Of a DNA stretch of 64,000 nt, positions 14,188-27,574 are shown in pieces. The stretch is from the NCBI GenBank assembly GCA_051294905.1, contig CM119373.1, positions 124,001-188,000 on the forward strand. The letters run 5' to 3'. Under the pieces are notes generated by a model. That model did not search any database. It was not told where the DNA came from and saw only the letters and a list, made by a program, of their open reading frames with translations. Each line of letters begins with the position of its first letter. The first letter of the stretch is position 1. Origin of the DNA: Botryllus schlosseri (lineage: Eukaryota). Both the position numbers and the translations under genes were made by a program.

Positions 14188-14535
14188 GCCGAGCGAGATA
14201 GTGTAATGGTTATGCGTCCGGCTTCGCGGGCGGTAGTCGTGGGTTCGATCCCCGGCCGGGTCATACCAGGGACTCGGATAGCTGCGGATACCAATTTAAG
14301 ACTCGAAAATTGGTATCCGCAGCTATCATGCTAGGCGCTCAGCAATCACGGATAGCATGGAGGAGAAAAAAAGGGTGCGCATACTAAATGACCTCATGGG
14401 GCCGTATCGCAACTCCGTCGTCAAAGCATCTCGATGGTGCAGGCGAAAAAGAATATCATATCTTTCGCCCTGATTCTTCACTATCGAAAACCAGCGCAAT
14501 CGTTCTGGTTGGCTGAGCCTCCGACTTTCCTTAAC
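14188..14535 (+). mobile_element. tRNA-derived SINE family B
   Basis: A box tagtgtaatgg and B box ggttcgatccc, followed by gggtcatacca...aaattggtatcc...gctaggcgctcagca body; 3' end approximate. Confidence 0.75.
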
Positions 14536-15804
14536 AAATTTTTAACGAGTAAACATTAAACAAAGACGTGTGGCTTCACCATAAGCCCCGCTAGAGCACT
14601 ACACGGATACCGCGCGTAAGCCATCTGGTAATATCGTGAGACCGATGGCGAACGGCTTAAGCGTGGTTATCTAAGCTCAAGAAGGACGGATATCTTTGTT
14701 TCTAAGAAAGTTAGCGCAAAATGTACTTTCCCCAAAAACCGTTCGCAATACGTGCGATTTGGCATCATTTAAATGACAAAACAGTTATATTTGGGAATAT
14801 TCGTGATCTTAGGAATTTGCCGTGGAAAGGTATTTTGTTGGTATAGTTCATCATGTGAAGAGTAGATTGTACATAGCGCTTTCAAAGACACTCGACCAGT
14901 CGGCTTTCAATACGGTTTGCATGGTTCTGTTCTACTATAAAGCTGAACTAGAGTCCCGCATAATTGTTTGCGCCTATTATATATCGATATTGAAGAAAAT
15001 ATATTTCATGAGAAGCTTCCGTTTAATACACTCAGCAATTGTTTCCTATTTTTACAAACCTGGCGAACCCTTACGCCAAGCTGCAAGCCTTATGCGAAAC
15101 CCAAATTTTTGCCGTATAACATGCCACATTACGACACATCACGACCCGAATAGTTCGTTACAGCCACCTTAAACTATTGTTATCGCGACTGCAATGCCGG
15201 ACTCGATGAGTGAACCAACATGACCTATACAATTTGAATATGCTATAATTTTGCATCATATCATAAAAAGTTGCGACCTTGAAATGATTAATTTAAAATC
15301 GTTTTACATAAATGTAAAAATCACATGAAGTGATTGTATCACTGGTTTGACAATTATGGCATAGCAAAGTAAATAGTTAGAAAACATGCGAACTGCTTGT
15401 CTAAGAAAACTTATTTCTTCACTTCTATCCTATATCCTCTTAACCAATATAACTTTCAAATTTTTTAAACCTGGCTCAGAATTGCATCTCTATCACAATT
15501 ATCTTGATACCCCGTCATAGTGGAACTAAACTTCAAGTCACGCGAACGGAACTCGTGTATACGCGGATTAGATTTATAGTGTTTCGCCATTTTAGAGAAC
15601 ATGCGAAATATACGGGGTACGTGTATGGCATCTTAGAAATCACGCATGCAGATCATATCAGTATAACTATTGGACGTTGAGTGTAACTTATATACATGGT
15701 TTACATAATCTGAATATATGAACTAGAATGAAATCTCTTATACACCAAAAGCTTTTCGATAAAATCGTATATGACCCAGGCGTATAACGATCAGACTCAA
15801 AAAA

Positions 15805-16062
15805 CTGTTTGTTCTGTGGTATTCTTGGTGTTTTGTTACTACTATGGTCATTTACACAAGGCTGATATTCTTCATTTTTTGTTCCTTAACTGCCGACTTA
15901 TAGCACGGCCCACTTCTAGACTTTTTGTAAGACACCGCTTACGCGGATGAGGTGGCGAGGAGTAGCCGAGATAAACCTCCAACACTTAGGTAGGAATTCT
16001 GGATCCGAACCCGCACCCATCGGTTCTGCTACCGCGGATTATATCACTGCGCTATCTCGCCA
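15805..16062 (-). mobile_element. tRNA-derived SINE family A
   Basis: minus strand tggcgagatagcgcagtgatataatccgcgg...gggttcggatcc; absent from the paralogous site near 21630. Confidence 0.8.
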
Positions 16063-18203
16063 TACTCGAACAAAACAAACTGTATTTAATGGCCATTATT
16101 ACGATGTAAAATGAGCTGAGAGTAATTAGTATTACTTTTTCACAAACGAGTTCTCGGCGGAACAACACATAGACCTACTTAACTTAACAAGCTATCGAGC
16201 GATTTTCGAATGATACAGAGATCATTTGGCACTTTCAGAATACGTCGCCGAATCGTGAATTCACTGATTAAACACGGACGGACGAACGAAAGAAATACCC
16301 CCCACCCCCCATCAAATGGCGAATTAATCTACTAGATAGCAGCACAGGCTGCTTTTATTGCGTGCTGCCTGGTGAAATAGATATAGCCAAGGCGCAATTT
16401 TGGATACAACATGCGGAAGAAATAGTTCCTAAAAATCGAAGGTGAATAAGTTTCACAAAGTTCTCTCTTGTTGCAGCATTTTCATTCCCTGTAGCCTACG
16501 CTCAATATCAAATTTTTTTCTTGGCTCTGAACTTTATTGATAAGATGTGTGAAAAAGGTCGCCAAATACAGTATAACGCTAAAAGTGATTGATTCTGAAC
16601 ATGACCGTATCCTGAAATCTGAATAAAATCATAATAGTGCGCGTCAGGTTTCAATGCGCTCTGTGACTCTCTTGATTGCTCATGGTGATCAATACTCGAA
16701 TGCGTGGGTCGGAAACCTTCTTCCGACGAGCTGTTTTATTCAGACACGAAGGTTGGCAGGAGAAAAAAAGGGTGCGCATACTAAATGACCTCATGGGGCC
16801 GTATCGCAACTCCGTCGTCAAAGCATCCCGATGGTGCAGGCGAAAAAGAATATCATATCTTTCGCCCTGACTCTTCATTATCGAAAACCAGCGCAATCGT
16901 TCTGGTTGGCTGAGCCTCCGACTTTCCTTAACAAATTTTTAACGAGTAAACATTAAACAAAGACGTGTGGCTTCACCATAAGCCCCGCTAGAGCACTACA
17001 CGGATACCGCGCGTAAGCCATCTGGTAATATCGTGAGACCGATGGCGAACGGCTTAAGCGTGGTTATCTAAGCTCAATAAGGAGTCGGATATCTTTGTTT
17101 CTAAGAAAGTTAGCGCAAAATGTACTTTCCCCAAAAACCGTTCGCAATACGTGCGATTTGGCATCATTTAAATGACAAAACAGTTATATTTGGGAATATT
17201 CGTGATCTTAGGAATTTGCCGTGGAAAGGTATTTTGTTGGTATAGTTCATCATGTGAAGAGTAGATTGTACATAGCGCTTTCAAAGACACTCGACCAGTC
17301 GACTTTCAATACGGTTTGCATGGTTCTGTTCTACTATAAAGCTGAACTAGAGTCCCGCATAATTGTTTGCGCCTATCATATATCGATATTGAAGAAAATA
17401 TATTTCATGAGAAGCTTCCGTTTAATACACTCAGCAGTTGTTTCCTAATTTTACAAACCTGGCGAACCCTTACGCCAAGCTGCAAGCCTTATGCGAAACC
17501 CAAATTTTTGCCGTATAACATGCCACATTACGACACATCACGACCCGAATAGTTCGTTACAGCCACCTTAAACTATTGTTATCGCGACTGCAATGCTGGA
17601 CTCGATGAGTGAACTAACATGACCTATACAATTTGAATATGCTATAATTTTGCATCATATCATAAAAAGTTCCGACCTTGAAATGATTAATTTAAAATCG
17701 TTTGACATAAATGTAAAAATCACATGAAGTGATTGTATCACTGGGTTGACAATTATGGCATAGCAAAGTAAATAGTTATAAAACATGCGAACTGCTTGTC
17801 TAAGAAAACTTATTTCTTCACTTCTATCCTATATCCTCTTAACCAATATAACTTTCAAATTGTTTAAACCTGGCTCAGAATTGCATCTCTATCACAATTA
17901 TCTTGATACCCCGTCATAGTGGAACTAAACTTCAAGTCACGCAAACGGAACTCGTGGATGCGCGGATTAGATTTATAGTGTTTCGCCATTTTAGAGAACA
18001 TGCGAAATATACGGGGTACGTGGATGGCATCTTAGAAATCACGCATGCAGATCATATCAGTATAACTATTGGACGTTGAGTGTAACTTATATACATGGTT
18101 TACATATTCTGAATATATGAACTAGAATGAAATCTCTTATACACCAAAAGCTTTTCGATAAAATCGTATATGACCCAGGCGTATAACGATCAGACTCAAA
18201 AAA

Positions 18204-18461
18204 CTGTTTGTTCTGTGGTATTCTTGGTGTTTTGTTACTACTATGGTCATTTACACCAGGCTGATATTCTTCATTTTTTGTTCCTTAACTGCCGACTTAT
18301 AGCACGGCCCACTTCTAGACTTTTTGTAAGACACCGCTTACGCGGATGAGGTGGCGAGGAGTAGCCGAGATAAACCTCCAACACTTAGGTAGGAATTCTG
18401 GACTCGAACCCGCACCCATCGGTTCTACTGCCGCGGATTATATCACTGCGCTATCTCGCCA
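18204..18461 (-). mobile_element. tRNA-derived SINE family A (copied by the tandem duplication)
   Basis: near-identical to 15805-16062; B box gggttcgagtcc. Confidence 0.8.
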
Positions 18462-20334
18462 TACTCGAACAAAACAAACTGTATTTAATGGCCATTATTA
18501 CGATGTAAAATGAGCTGAGAGTAATTAGTATTACTTTTTCACAAATGAGTTCTCGGCGGAACAACACATAGACCTACTTAACTTAACAAGCTATCGAGCG
18601 ATTTTCGAATGATACAGAGATCATTTGGCACTTTCAGAATACGTCGCCGAATCGTGAATTCACTGATTAAACACGGACGAACGAACGAAAGAAATACCCC
18701 CCCCCCACCCCCCATCAAATGGCGAACTAATCTACTAGATAGCAGCACAGGCTGCTTTTATTGCGTGCTGCCTGGTGAAATAGATATAGCCAAGGCGCAA
18801 TTTAGGATACAACATGCGGAAGAAATAGTTCCTAAACATCGAAGGTGAATAAGTTTCACAAAGTTCTCTCTTGTTGCAGCATTCTCATTCCCTGTAGCCT
18901 ACGCTCAATATCAAATTTTTTCTTGGCTCTGAACTTTATTGATAAGATGGGTGAAAAAGGTCGCCAAATACAGTATAACGCTAAAAGTGATTGATTCTGA
19001 ACATGACCGTATCCTGAAATCTGAATAAAATCATAATAGTGTGCGTCAGGTTTCAATGCGCTCTGTGACTCTCTTGATTGCTCATGGTGATCAATACTCG
19101 AATGCGCGGGTCGGAAACCTTCCGACGAGCTGTTTTATTCAGACACGAAGGTTGGCACGGAATCTTTATCACGATGAAATTGTTCACGCTATAATACTTG
19201 ATGTTATCATTGTTTTTATTCTACTGCACAATGTGCATGTCTCAGCGTCGTATCATTATTTTATGAAATGATTTTAACCTGTTTACAATTGAAATCTATC
19301 GGGTTCAAGTGGTGGAGGTCTATTTATTCTCTTAAGAGATTAACGTAAGGTGGTTATAAGTACCAGAATGAATAATAACAGAATTATCCAGTAATCTTAA
19401 AATCTGTCTTAAAAATTCCTTGAACTCCAACTTTCTATAATTCTTTGTAGCGAGTATACTTCGGCGTAACAGCAAGAAAGGGAGTCCGTAATAAGCTAAA
19501 ACGACCCCGCATACTTTCTTTTCAGAATTTTGTTTGTAAATTTTGAAAACAATGTCACGAGTAGATTGGTTGAGATTGGTTTCGGTCATTGAGTAGCAGA
19601 CATGGGGTGATTACTTCTCTTCGTGAGCAATTACTAGTACTTCTGAATCACGCGATTACGATTCAATCTGGAAGTAGTTGATTACAATTACGACTACATG
19701 GAAAAAGTAATCACAATTACTCTTGATTACATTTATTACGTTTCTCAGAACTAATATTTGAAGACAGATTGGAAGGCATAGGATTGCGATAAGAAGGCCT
19801 AATCAGAGAACGATTTTCGTTTCAAATGTGACGTTATATGCTTGTTACTTCACAATATACGCATTGCTCAATAATCTAGTTGACGATTTCTGGTTCCTAC
19901 CGATTAACCTTTTAGCTAAGGCCGTAAATACCACAAGTCAAACCCCCAAATCGGCTGGAGCAAGCTCGAAAGGTGCCCAGGCCCACCCAAAGTCATTTTG
20001 TTAATCAACCTAATTACAAAGTAATTTTGAGAGATCTTTAATTAACTTGAAAATGTTTTTCTCGCTTCGCAGCATTCGAGATTGATTTTTGGGTGTTCCG
20101 GGAACACTAGCAGAATAAAATTTATATTTTCGCTGTCAGTACTTCAGTAGCTTTCGATTGATATCAGTTTTATCTCTTTTCATGCTCGGCAAGTCGGTCA
20201 AAAATTACCGTAACATTGCCTTTAGCCAAATGGAAAGTGTGACGTAGACCAATCGCAGTAAGCCTTGAGATTCGCTTATATCCGGACCATATAGGACACT
20301 ATGGTCAGATTATATTTTTTGCTGAGCAAAAATC

Positions 20335-21735
20335 AAACAAAGACGTGTGGCTTCACGATAAGCCGTGCTAGAGCACTACACGAATACCGCGCGTAAGCCA
20401 TCAGGTAATATCGCGAGATCTTTCGCGAACTGCTTAAGCCCATGCACGTACCTAAGCTCATGAAGGAGTCAGACCTCTGTTTATTTTCTACGAAAGTTAG
20501 CGCAATACGTACCTTCCCCCAAAACCGATCGCAATACGTGCGATTCAGCATCATTTCATGACAATAGAGTTTTGCCCGAGAATAATTGTGATCTTACGAA
20601 TTTGCCGTGGAAAGTTCATTGTGCGAAGAGTAGATGGTACATAGCGCTTTGAAAAACACTCGGCCAGTCGACTTTCGATACGGTTTGCATGGTTCTGTTC
20701 TGCTATAAAGCTGAATTAGACTAGAACATAATTGTTTGCGCCTATGATATTTTGAGAATATTTAAGCGGATTTAAATGATTATATCGACATTGAAATTAT
20801 ATTATTTCATGGCAACCTTTCTTTTAATACACTCATCCGTCCTGAGGACCAATTGTTTCCTAATTTTTACTAACCTGGCGAACCCTTCCGCCAAGCTGCA
20901 AGCCTTCTGCGAAACCCAAATGTGTGCCGCATTAAATGTCATATTCTTACATTACGACACATCACGATCGGAATAGCTCGTTCTAGCCACCTCAAACTCC
21001 TGTTATTGCGACTGAAATGCTGGACTCGATGAGTGAGCCAACATGACTTATACAATTTGAATATGCTATGATTTGGCATCATATCATCAAAATTTCTGAC
21101 CTTGAAATGATTATTATTTTAAAATCGTTTTACATAAATATAAAAGTCACAAGAAGTGATTGTATCACTCGTTTGAATGTTCTGGCAGAGCAAAGTAAAT
21201 AGCGCGAAAACATGTGCACCGCTTGACTAAGAAAACGTCTTTCTTCACTTCCCTCCTCTATCCGCTTCACCGAAATTATTAAAAATTGTTTAAGCCTGGC
21301 CCAGAATCGCACCGCTATCACAATTATGTGTTTAGCCAGTCATTGTGGAACTAAATCCCAAGTATCGCGGATGGAGCTCGTGGATGAGGGGATTAGATTT
21401 ATTGTTTTTCGCTATTCGAGCGATTATGCTAAATATACGGGCTAAGTTGATGGCACCTTAGAAATCACACATGCAGATCACATCAGTATAACTATTAGAC
21501 GTTAAGTATAACTGAGATATGCTGTATACATAACCTGCATAATATCAATCTAAGAACCAGAATGAAATCTCTGATACAGCGAAAGCTTTTCGATGAAATC
21601 GTGTATGACCCTGGCGTATAACGAGCAGACTCAAACCAACTGTATTTAATGACCATAATTTCGATATAAAATGACGTCATAGTAAATACTTACAAATGAG
21701 GTCTCGGCAGCACAACACATAGACCTAGTTAATTT
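20335..21735 (+). repeat. older diverged paralog of 14555-16180 lacking the SINE
   Basis: collinear from aaacaaagacgtgtggcttcac to caacacatagacct; SINE site is empty (cagactcaaaccaactgtattt). Confidence 0.85.
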
Positions 21736-21931
21736 AAAACTAATAGAGTGATAGAAGCCGCTTAAGGTCCTGTTGGGAATCATTTTGCTTATCTCTGAAC
21801 AATACAACCAAGTTATCCAAGGCTTGGAGAGTCGTCCGATCGATGTCCGAATTCAGACCATGGAATACGATAAGCAGTCTGACATCTGGAAATCACATAC
21901 TTACAAGCAAAAAGCAACAAGGACAAGGCAA

Positions 21932-23372
21932 GTGGCGAAATTGCGTAGTGGTACGATCCACAGCAGCAAAAACACTTGGTTGTGGGTTCGAGTCCGTCCG
22001 AGGTCCACTCTAGAATTCCCACATAACTGCTGGAGGTTTATCTAGGCTAGGGTTGCCATACGTCCGGAATTTCCCGGACATGTCCGGAATTTGAGTGTTC
22101 AAACTAGCGTCTGGAAGAAAATCCTAAAATATGCTTAAATGTTCATAATGAAGATGGCTTAAAATTATTTCGTGAATGAAAATATTAATAGCATGTTTTG
22201 GTTCAAAATTATGCCACTTAAAATTGTCTTCGCATTGCGCGCGATTTAGCGTCACATTTTGATACATGTGGATATTATTATCGGTATCATCACTCGCAAA
22301 AATACAATAATAATAGCCATCTGAAAGAAGTTTAATTGTAATCGCAATTATAGCGGAACGGAAACTTCCTAGTGACGGTTATGACCATTTGGATGATTCA
22401 GTGCAGGTGTGATCACATGGACTGAGAAAGGATCGATATTTAAAAGTAATACGTGAAACTACTAATATTAATAACGAAATTTTTTCTTGAATTCGAATCA
22501 CGGTTACTATTCATAACATGACTACTCGCCATTTCAGTGCGCATAGTACGCTGATATTAATAGACAGATTGGTCCGGAGTTCACTGGAAATATAGACACT
22601 GACAGTTTAACATGGGTATTTGGCGTCCAATTAGTTCATTACGACTGCGCAGTGTGCACTTAAAATGCGGCCGTAGGCTCCAAAAGTAATCGAAATGCCG
22701 CCGTGAACAGCAAAAAGGTTCGCCACCAAAAATGCGGCTGTATGCTCCAAAAGTAATCGAAATGCCGCCGTGAACAGCAAAAAGGTTCGCCATCCCTGCT
22801 TCAGTGTTTGGTATAAAAGTTGTTCTCAACCTGAGGCCTCTTTACTGTAAGTAGGCTATATATAAGTAAGACATGCCCTGCATTTTTGAACTCATCACCA
22901 TCACCAGCACCAATCTACCGCAACTCTGGTCACGTAGGCTGGGAGGGGGTAAAACTTTTAATAGTAATATAGTAATGAAACAATATTATTGACGGAATTC
23001 ATTAATGAAGTGCAACAATTTTCCGTGCCTGGCACGACTAGAAACCAGTTTCCCAAAATTCACTCCTGTATACAACCGATAGGCCAATCAATAATAGTGT
23101 GACGTCATACTGAAATACATTTTGTTCCGACCTCATTTTAACCCCACTAGTGGGCGCAAAAGAGTGACCGGAATATTAGTCATGGAACTACGGCAATCCT
23201 AATCTAGGCTCCTCCTTGCCATGTCATCCGTGTAAGCGTTGCCTTATAAAAGCCTAGAAGTAGGCCGTGTAACAAGTCGGCACCTACAAAATAAAAAGGA
23301 AGAAAATTGACCGGGTGTAAATGACCACAGTAGTCGACAAACACCATGAATACCAAAACAACAAAGACAAGG
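21932..23372 (+). mobile_element. tRNA-derived SINE family A split by a hAT insertion
   Basis: A box ttgcgtagtgg and B box ggttcgagtcc; body resumes after 23209; flanks caacaaggacaagg/caacaaagacaagg resemble a TSD. Confidence 0.8.
22048..23201. mobile_element. non-autonomous hAT element
   Basis: TIR tagggttgcc...ggcaatccta; perfect TSD atctaggc; tccgga subterminal repeats. Confidence 0.85.
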
Positions 23373-23439
23373 AAAATGTATTAGCGTGTATGCTGTATAT
23401 TCACTTAATTCAGTAGCTATGAAAACGTCGATTTTGAAT

Positions 23440-24165
23440 CCGTGGCCAGACGAGAAACATTCAAAAGAGAAAGGCGTCAACCGATATTGCCACAAACCGA
23501 TCAATCTTCGGACATGAATAAAACCTTCACGATGAGAGGATTGAAGAGAGCACAGAAAAGTGCCAATCCTGGCCCAGACGGGGTATTTTACCAGGTGATC
23601 AACAATTTGGACCAACAGTGTCTCAGTCGTGTGCTTTGATCCTTCAATGTTACGTGGAGTATTGGAAATATTGGAAATTGTCCGGCCAGCTGGACCGCCA
23701 GTCATACCGTTACTAAAATAAATAAATAAAACCTATCACCGAATATCCCTAACAACAACATGTGTAAAATAATGCAAAGGATGATAACTAATAGACTACG
23801 TTGGTGGTTAGACAGTACAAGAAAAATTTTGCCAGTTCAAAGCTGCTACAGGACTAAACGCTCAACCACTGATTGTATTTTAGCCCTGCATGACGATATC
23901 TAGAAATGCATTTGGAACAAACGTTCTACAGTTGGAGCATTCCTAGACCTAGAAAAAGCTTACGATACCGTTTGGAGAAAAGGCGTTATCTTCAAGCTCC
24001 GTAAACTGGGCATCTCTGGTAGCATGCTGAGATGGATTTGCTCATTCCTTCGTGACTGTACCATCCAAGTTTGGGTAGGTGACAGCTTATCCGATTCATT
24101 TTCCTTAGATAATGGGATTCCGCAAAGCAGTGTTCTTATTCCGATAACTTTTACCGGTATGATTA
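23440..24165 (+). pseudogene. decayed non-LTR retrotransposon reverse transcriptase fragment (I/Nimb/Jockey-like)
   Basis: manual translation gives PGPDGVFYQVI, CKIMQRMITNRL, RSTTDCILAL, GAFLDLEKAYDTVW, LRWICSFL, GIPQSSVLIP, with stops and frameshifts. Confidence 0.85.
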
Positions 24166-24577
24166 CTTCATGAAATATGGGAAACCGGCTTAGATGTAAC
24201 ATTGTTGGGATGACTCAAGTCATGACTTGCCTCGAGTTAAAGTCGAGTCACCCTGTTCGTATGATTTGACTTGACTGGAGTCACTTAGCTAAAATGACTT
24301 GACTTGACTTGACTCGGCGTATCAGAAATGTTGACTGACTCTTGACTCGGAGCAAAATTACCCAGTCAATCTCAAGTCATCAAGTTATCGGTGTGGATAA
24401 AAATCACTGAATCCTGCATATGTTCGGATTGTTTACGGAACGCTAGTGTAACCCGTGTGAGCGACCGATCATTCAATGATCGTGTGTTTTACGGAGCCGC
24501 CATTGTTCTCTCACAAATACATTGACCGCAAACCAAGTGATCGAAGCTTACAGCTTACGTTGTCGTAAAATAGTCTA

Positions 24578-25210
24578 ATTAAATAGTATATTAATATTGA
24601 AATGAACCCGAATATTTTCGGCTGACACTCGTCAGGGGTAATCGTCAGCAACTAGTAGAGAATTGGAAAGAACATCGTATATCAACAATCGTATCACAAA
24701 ATATGACGTCACCAGCATGAAATTTCGAATGAGAGAGCGTTCAATGTACTATTTTTAGGTGGTACACGAACTCCTTTTGTTGACAGAGTTTTGGTTGGTG
24801 TATTTTGATAAAAGTTGATTCTAAGGCACACAAATGGAATTGTGAACGGCCTCGCGCTACGACTCGAAATCGGTCGTCTCGATAATTATTCGCACAAATC
24901 GGATTATCCAACAGATGTTTGCCGATGGCAGAATTAATGGCCTTTGATCGATCAGCATCAATCTTAAGTGGATGAGTTGAAGGTGAGCTCTTCACATTAC
25001 GTGACGCACGTGTTCTGATAAATCTGGGGACATGTTGGTTTATGCGGTCCTGCAGACGTCTTGACGTTCTTCCCACGTAGCCACAATCACAGTGGCACCT
25101 ATATTCGTACACTACATTACTTTGTTGAAGTGCAGGAAGCACGTCTTTACGTGTTGAAGGGAGCAGTTGTGTTGTTGTGAAAATCACATTAGTTTTGACT
25201 GTGTCGTAAC
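24578..25210 (-). mobile_element. 5'-truncated Penelope-like element (GIY-YIG endonuclease C-terminus plus terminal repeat)
   Basis: ORF 24741-25241 reads SNVVYEYRCHCDCGYVGRTSRRLQDRINQH...SAIGKHL...LCALESTFIK, the PLE GIY-YIG pattern with Cys/His ligands; no RT domain. Confidence 0.9.
24606..24639 (-). ncRNA. minimal type-I hammerhead ribozyme
   Basis: minus strand ACCC-CTGACGA-GTGTCAGCC-GAAA-ATAT-TC-GGGT: intact core, stem I ACCC/GGGT, palindromic stem III AATATT. Confidence 0.8.
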
Positions 25211-25603
25211 GCCAATCCATGGTCCGACGCTTTAATGGCATACCAGCTTAATATATTTTGCTGTTTGATAATACGATTGTTTATACTCCATGTTCTTTCC
25301 AATTCTCAGGTAGTTGCTGACGATTATCCCTGACAATTGTCAATCGAAAATATTCGAGTTTATTTCAATATGAACATATTATTCAATTGTATATCGAAGT
25401 TCTGTACCTCCAGTATAATAGTATATTTGTGTTACGACACAGTCAAAACCAATGTGATTTTCACAACAACACAACTGCTCCCTTCAACACGTAAAGACGT
25501 GCTTCCTGCACTTCAACAAAGTAATGTAGTGTACGAATATAGGTGCCACTGTGATTGTGGCTACGTGGGAAGAACGTCAAGACGTCTGCAGGACCGCATA
25601 AAC

Positions 25604-27134
25604 CAGTGGTTCTTAACCTTGCTCCCAGCGCGCCCCAGGGGGCGCTGGCGATTTTGAAGGGGGGCGGAAACGCTCAGGGGGCGATATGGGGGGCCCTGGG
25701 CTCAGGGGGGCGGTATGGGGGGCGCTGGAGAAAAATGGCTTCGCAGTAGATGATGGTGAAGGACATATCCTTAATGAGTATTCAGAACAAATTAACACCG
25801 AAAACTACGTTATATATAGCCTTCAAAGTACATATAGGTTTAATTGTACATGGGCGCCTAAATGACTGGCACCGAATGTTCCTGTCTTGGCAATCTGAAC
25901 CCCAGAACACGAATTCCATCTGGCAGGGAAAAATTATATGCCAGTGAAGAAATACCAATTTGAAATCGTGTGTGTCTCTTAGTTAAGTACTATTGAGCGA
26001 CAGGGATATTCCTGATGGGCGATATCCCTGTTGGGCGATTCTATATTTTTTGATATTGCAGACAGGAGGTCACGAAATAACATCATGCAACGAAGTCATA
26101 TTAACGGGTTCGCCCGCCCGAATATGTTTAATTATTAGTTACGGGCCCTACAGTTTCCAAGACACCTCACAATGTTCGCTTCAAGTTTTGATGAGTCTGC
26201 GGCACACTCAACAACTCACTGCGCTGACCCTTGGACAACAGTGCGTAACGACTAACAAAAGGTCATAACTTCGGATTTGTTGTGAGCAACGTAGATTTTC
26301 TGTGCGCAGAGACGGTGTCAGCACTGCGCACGTGCGCGGCTTTGAGGGAACATTGCATCCCACTCAGCTCTACCGGTAAATCTGTTTACGTGAGCAGAGA
26401 GAGGATAAAAATTGATCTCAATATACATGCAAATCCCGATCATATTGACCAATTTCAATCATTAATTAATGAAATTTTCCGCGCTTCGCGCGTCTAGGCG
26501 AGAGTAGCTGCTTCAGTAAATGGACACCCAATGTAGATACCTAGTATCAGCAAATAGCGGACAGCCGATAGGGGTCTGGGGGTGAAGTCCCCCGGAAGTT
26601 TGGTTTATCCTCCGAGGGGGGCCCAGGACCAACGGTTTTTGTTTGGGGGGGCTGACGAAGTGCTGTTACGGCCCTGGTAACGAATAATTTTACCTACGGG
26701 CACTCCCGAATATGTTTTATTATTACTTACGGGCCCTTTATTTTCCTGTACAACACCTCACTCAGCGCTACTGGTAAATCTGATTACGTGGGCTGAGAGG
26801 ATAAAAAGTTTATAGCGACTTATATATGTGATTACCACCTATTCATTCATGCATTATAGAAGATTTTGGTACCTAGGGCGACCAGGCCACACAAACTTTG
26901 CTGACCATCGAAATCACGCTATGGGGTTCGTGGGGGCGAAGACCTCAGAAGTTTGGTTTATCACGCTATGGGTGCGCAAGGCAATCGTTTATAGGGGGGT
27001 TGACATAGTGCTGTTACGGCTCTCCCTCTTACTCATTGTCTTTATCACATTCCTCACAATATGAAGCTGGGGGGCGCTGGAGCACGATAATTTTTGAAAG
27101 GGGGCGCTGGACGAAAAAAGGTTAAGAACCACTG
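25604..27134. mobile_element. non-autonomous hAT element
   Basis: TIR cagtggttcttaacctt...aaggttaagaaccactg; perfect TSD gcataaac; empty site visible in the twin near 25040. Confidence 0.93.
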
Positions 27135-27540
27135 GCATAAACCAACATGTCCCCAGATTTATCAGAACACGTGCGTCACGCGATGTGAAGAGCTCACGCT
27201 TAACTCATCCACTTAAGATTGATGCTGATCGATCAAAGGCCATTAATTCTGCCATCGGCAAACATCTGTTGGATAATCCGATTTGTGCGAATAATTATCG
27301 AGACGACCGATTTCGAGTCGTAGCGCGAGGCCGTTCACAATTCCATTTGTGTGCCTTGGAATCAACTTTTATCAAAATACACCAACCAAAACTCTGTCAA
27401 CAAAAGGAGTTCGTGTATCACCTAAAAATAGTACATTGAACGCTCTCTCATTCGAAATTTCATGCTGGTGACGTCATATTTTGTGATACGATTGTTGATA
27501 TACGATGTTCTTTCCAATTCTCTACTAGTTGCTGACGATT

Positions 27541-27574
27541 ACCCCTGACGAGTGTCAGCCGAAAATATTCGGGT
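27541..27574 (+). ncRNA. minimal type-I hammerhead ribozyme
   Basis: ACCC CTGACGA GTGTCAGCC GAAA ATAT TC GGGT; predicted cleavage 3' of C27570. Confidence 0.8.

Larger units (their letters stand above)
14361..19157 (+). repeat. recent head-to-tail tandem duplication, unit ~2.4 kb (14361-16757, 16758-19157)
   Basis: near-identical sequence offset by 2397-2399 bp; paired ORF-track hits 14822/17221 and 14968/17367. Confidence 0.95.

Noticed and set aside
14188..14262. possible tRNA gene
   Set aside because: A and B boxes are present but there is no convincing cloverleaf, and it runs into a SINE body
14822..15172. 116-aa ORF repeated at 17221
   Set aside because: GTG start, premature stop in the second copy, frame broken in the third copy, no recognisable domain
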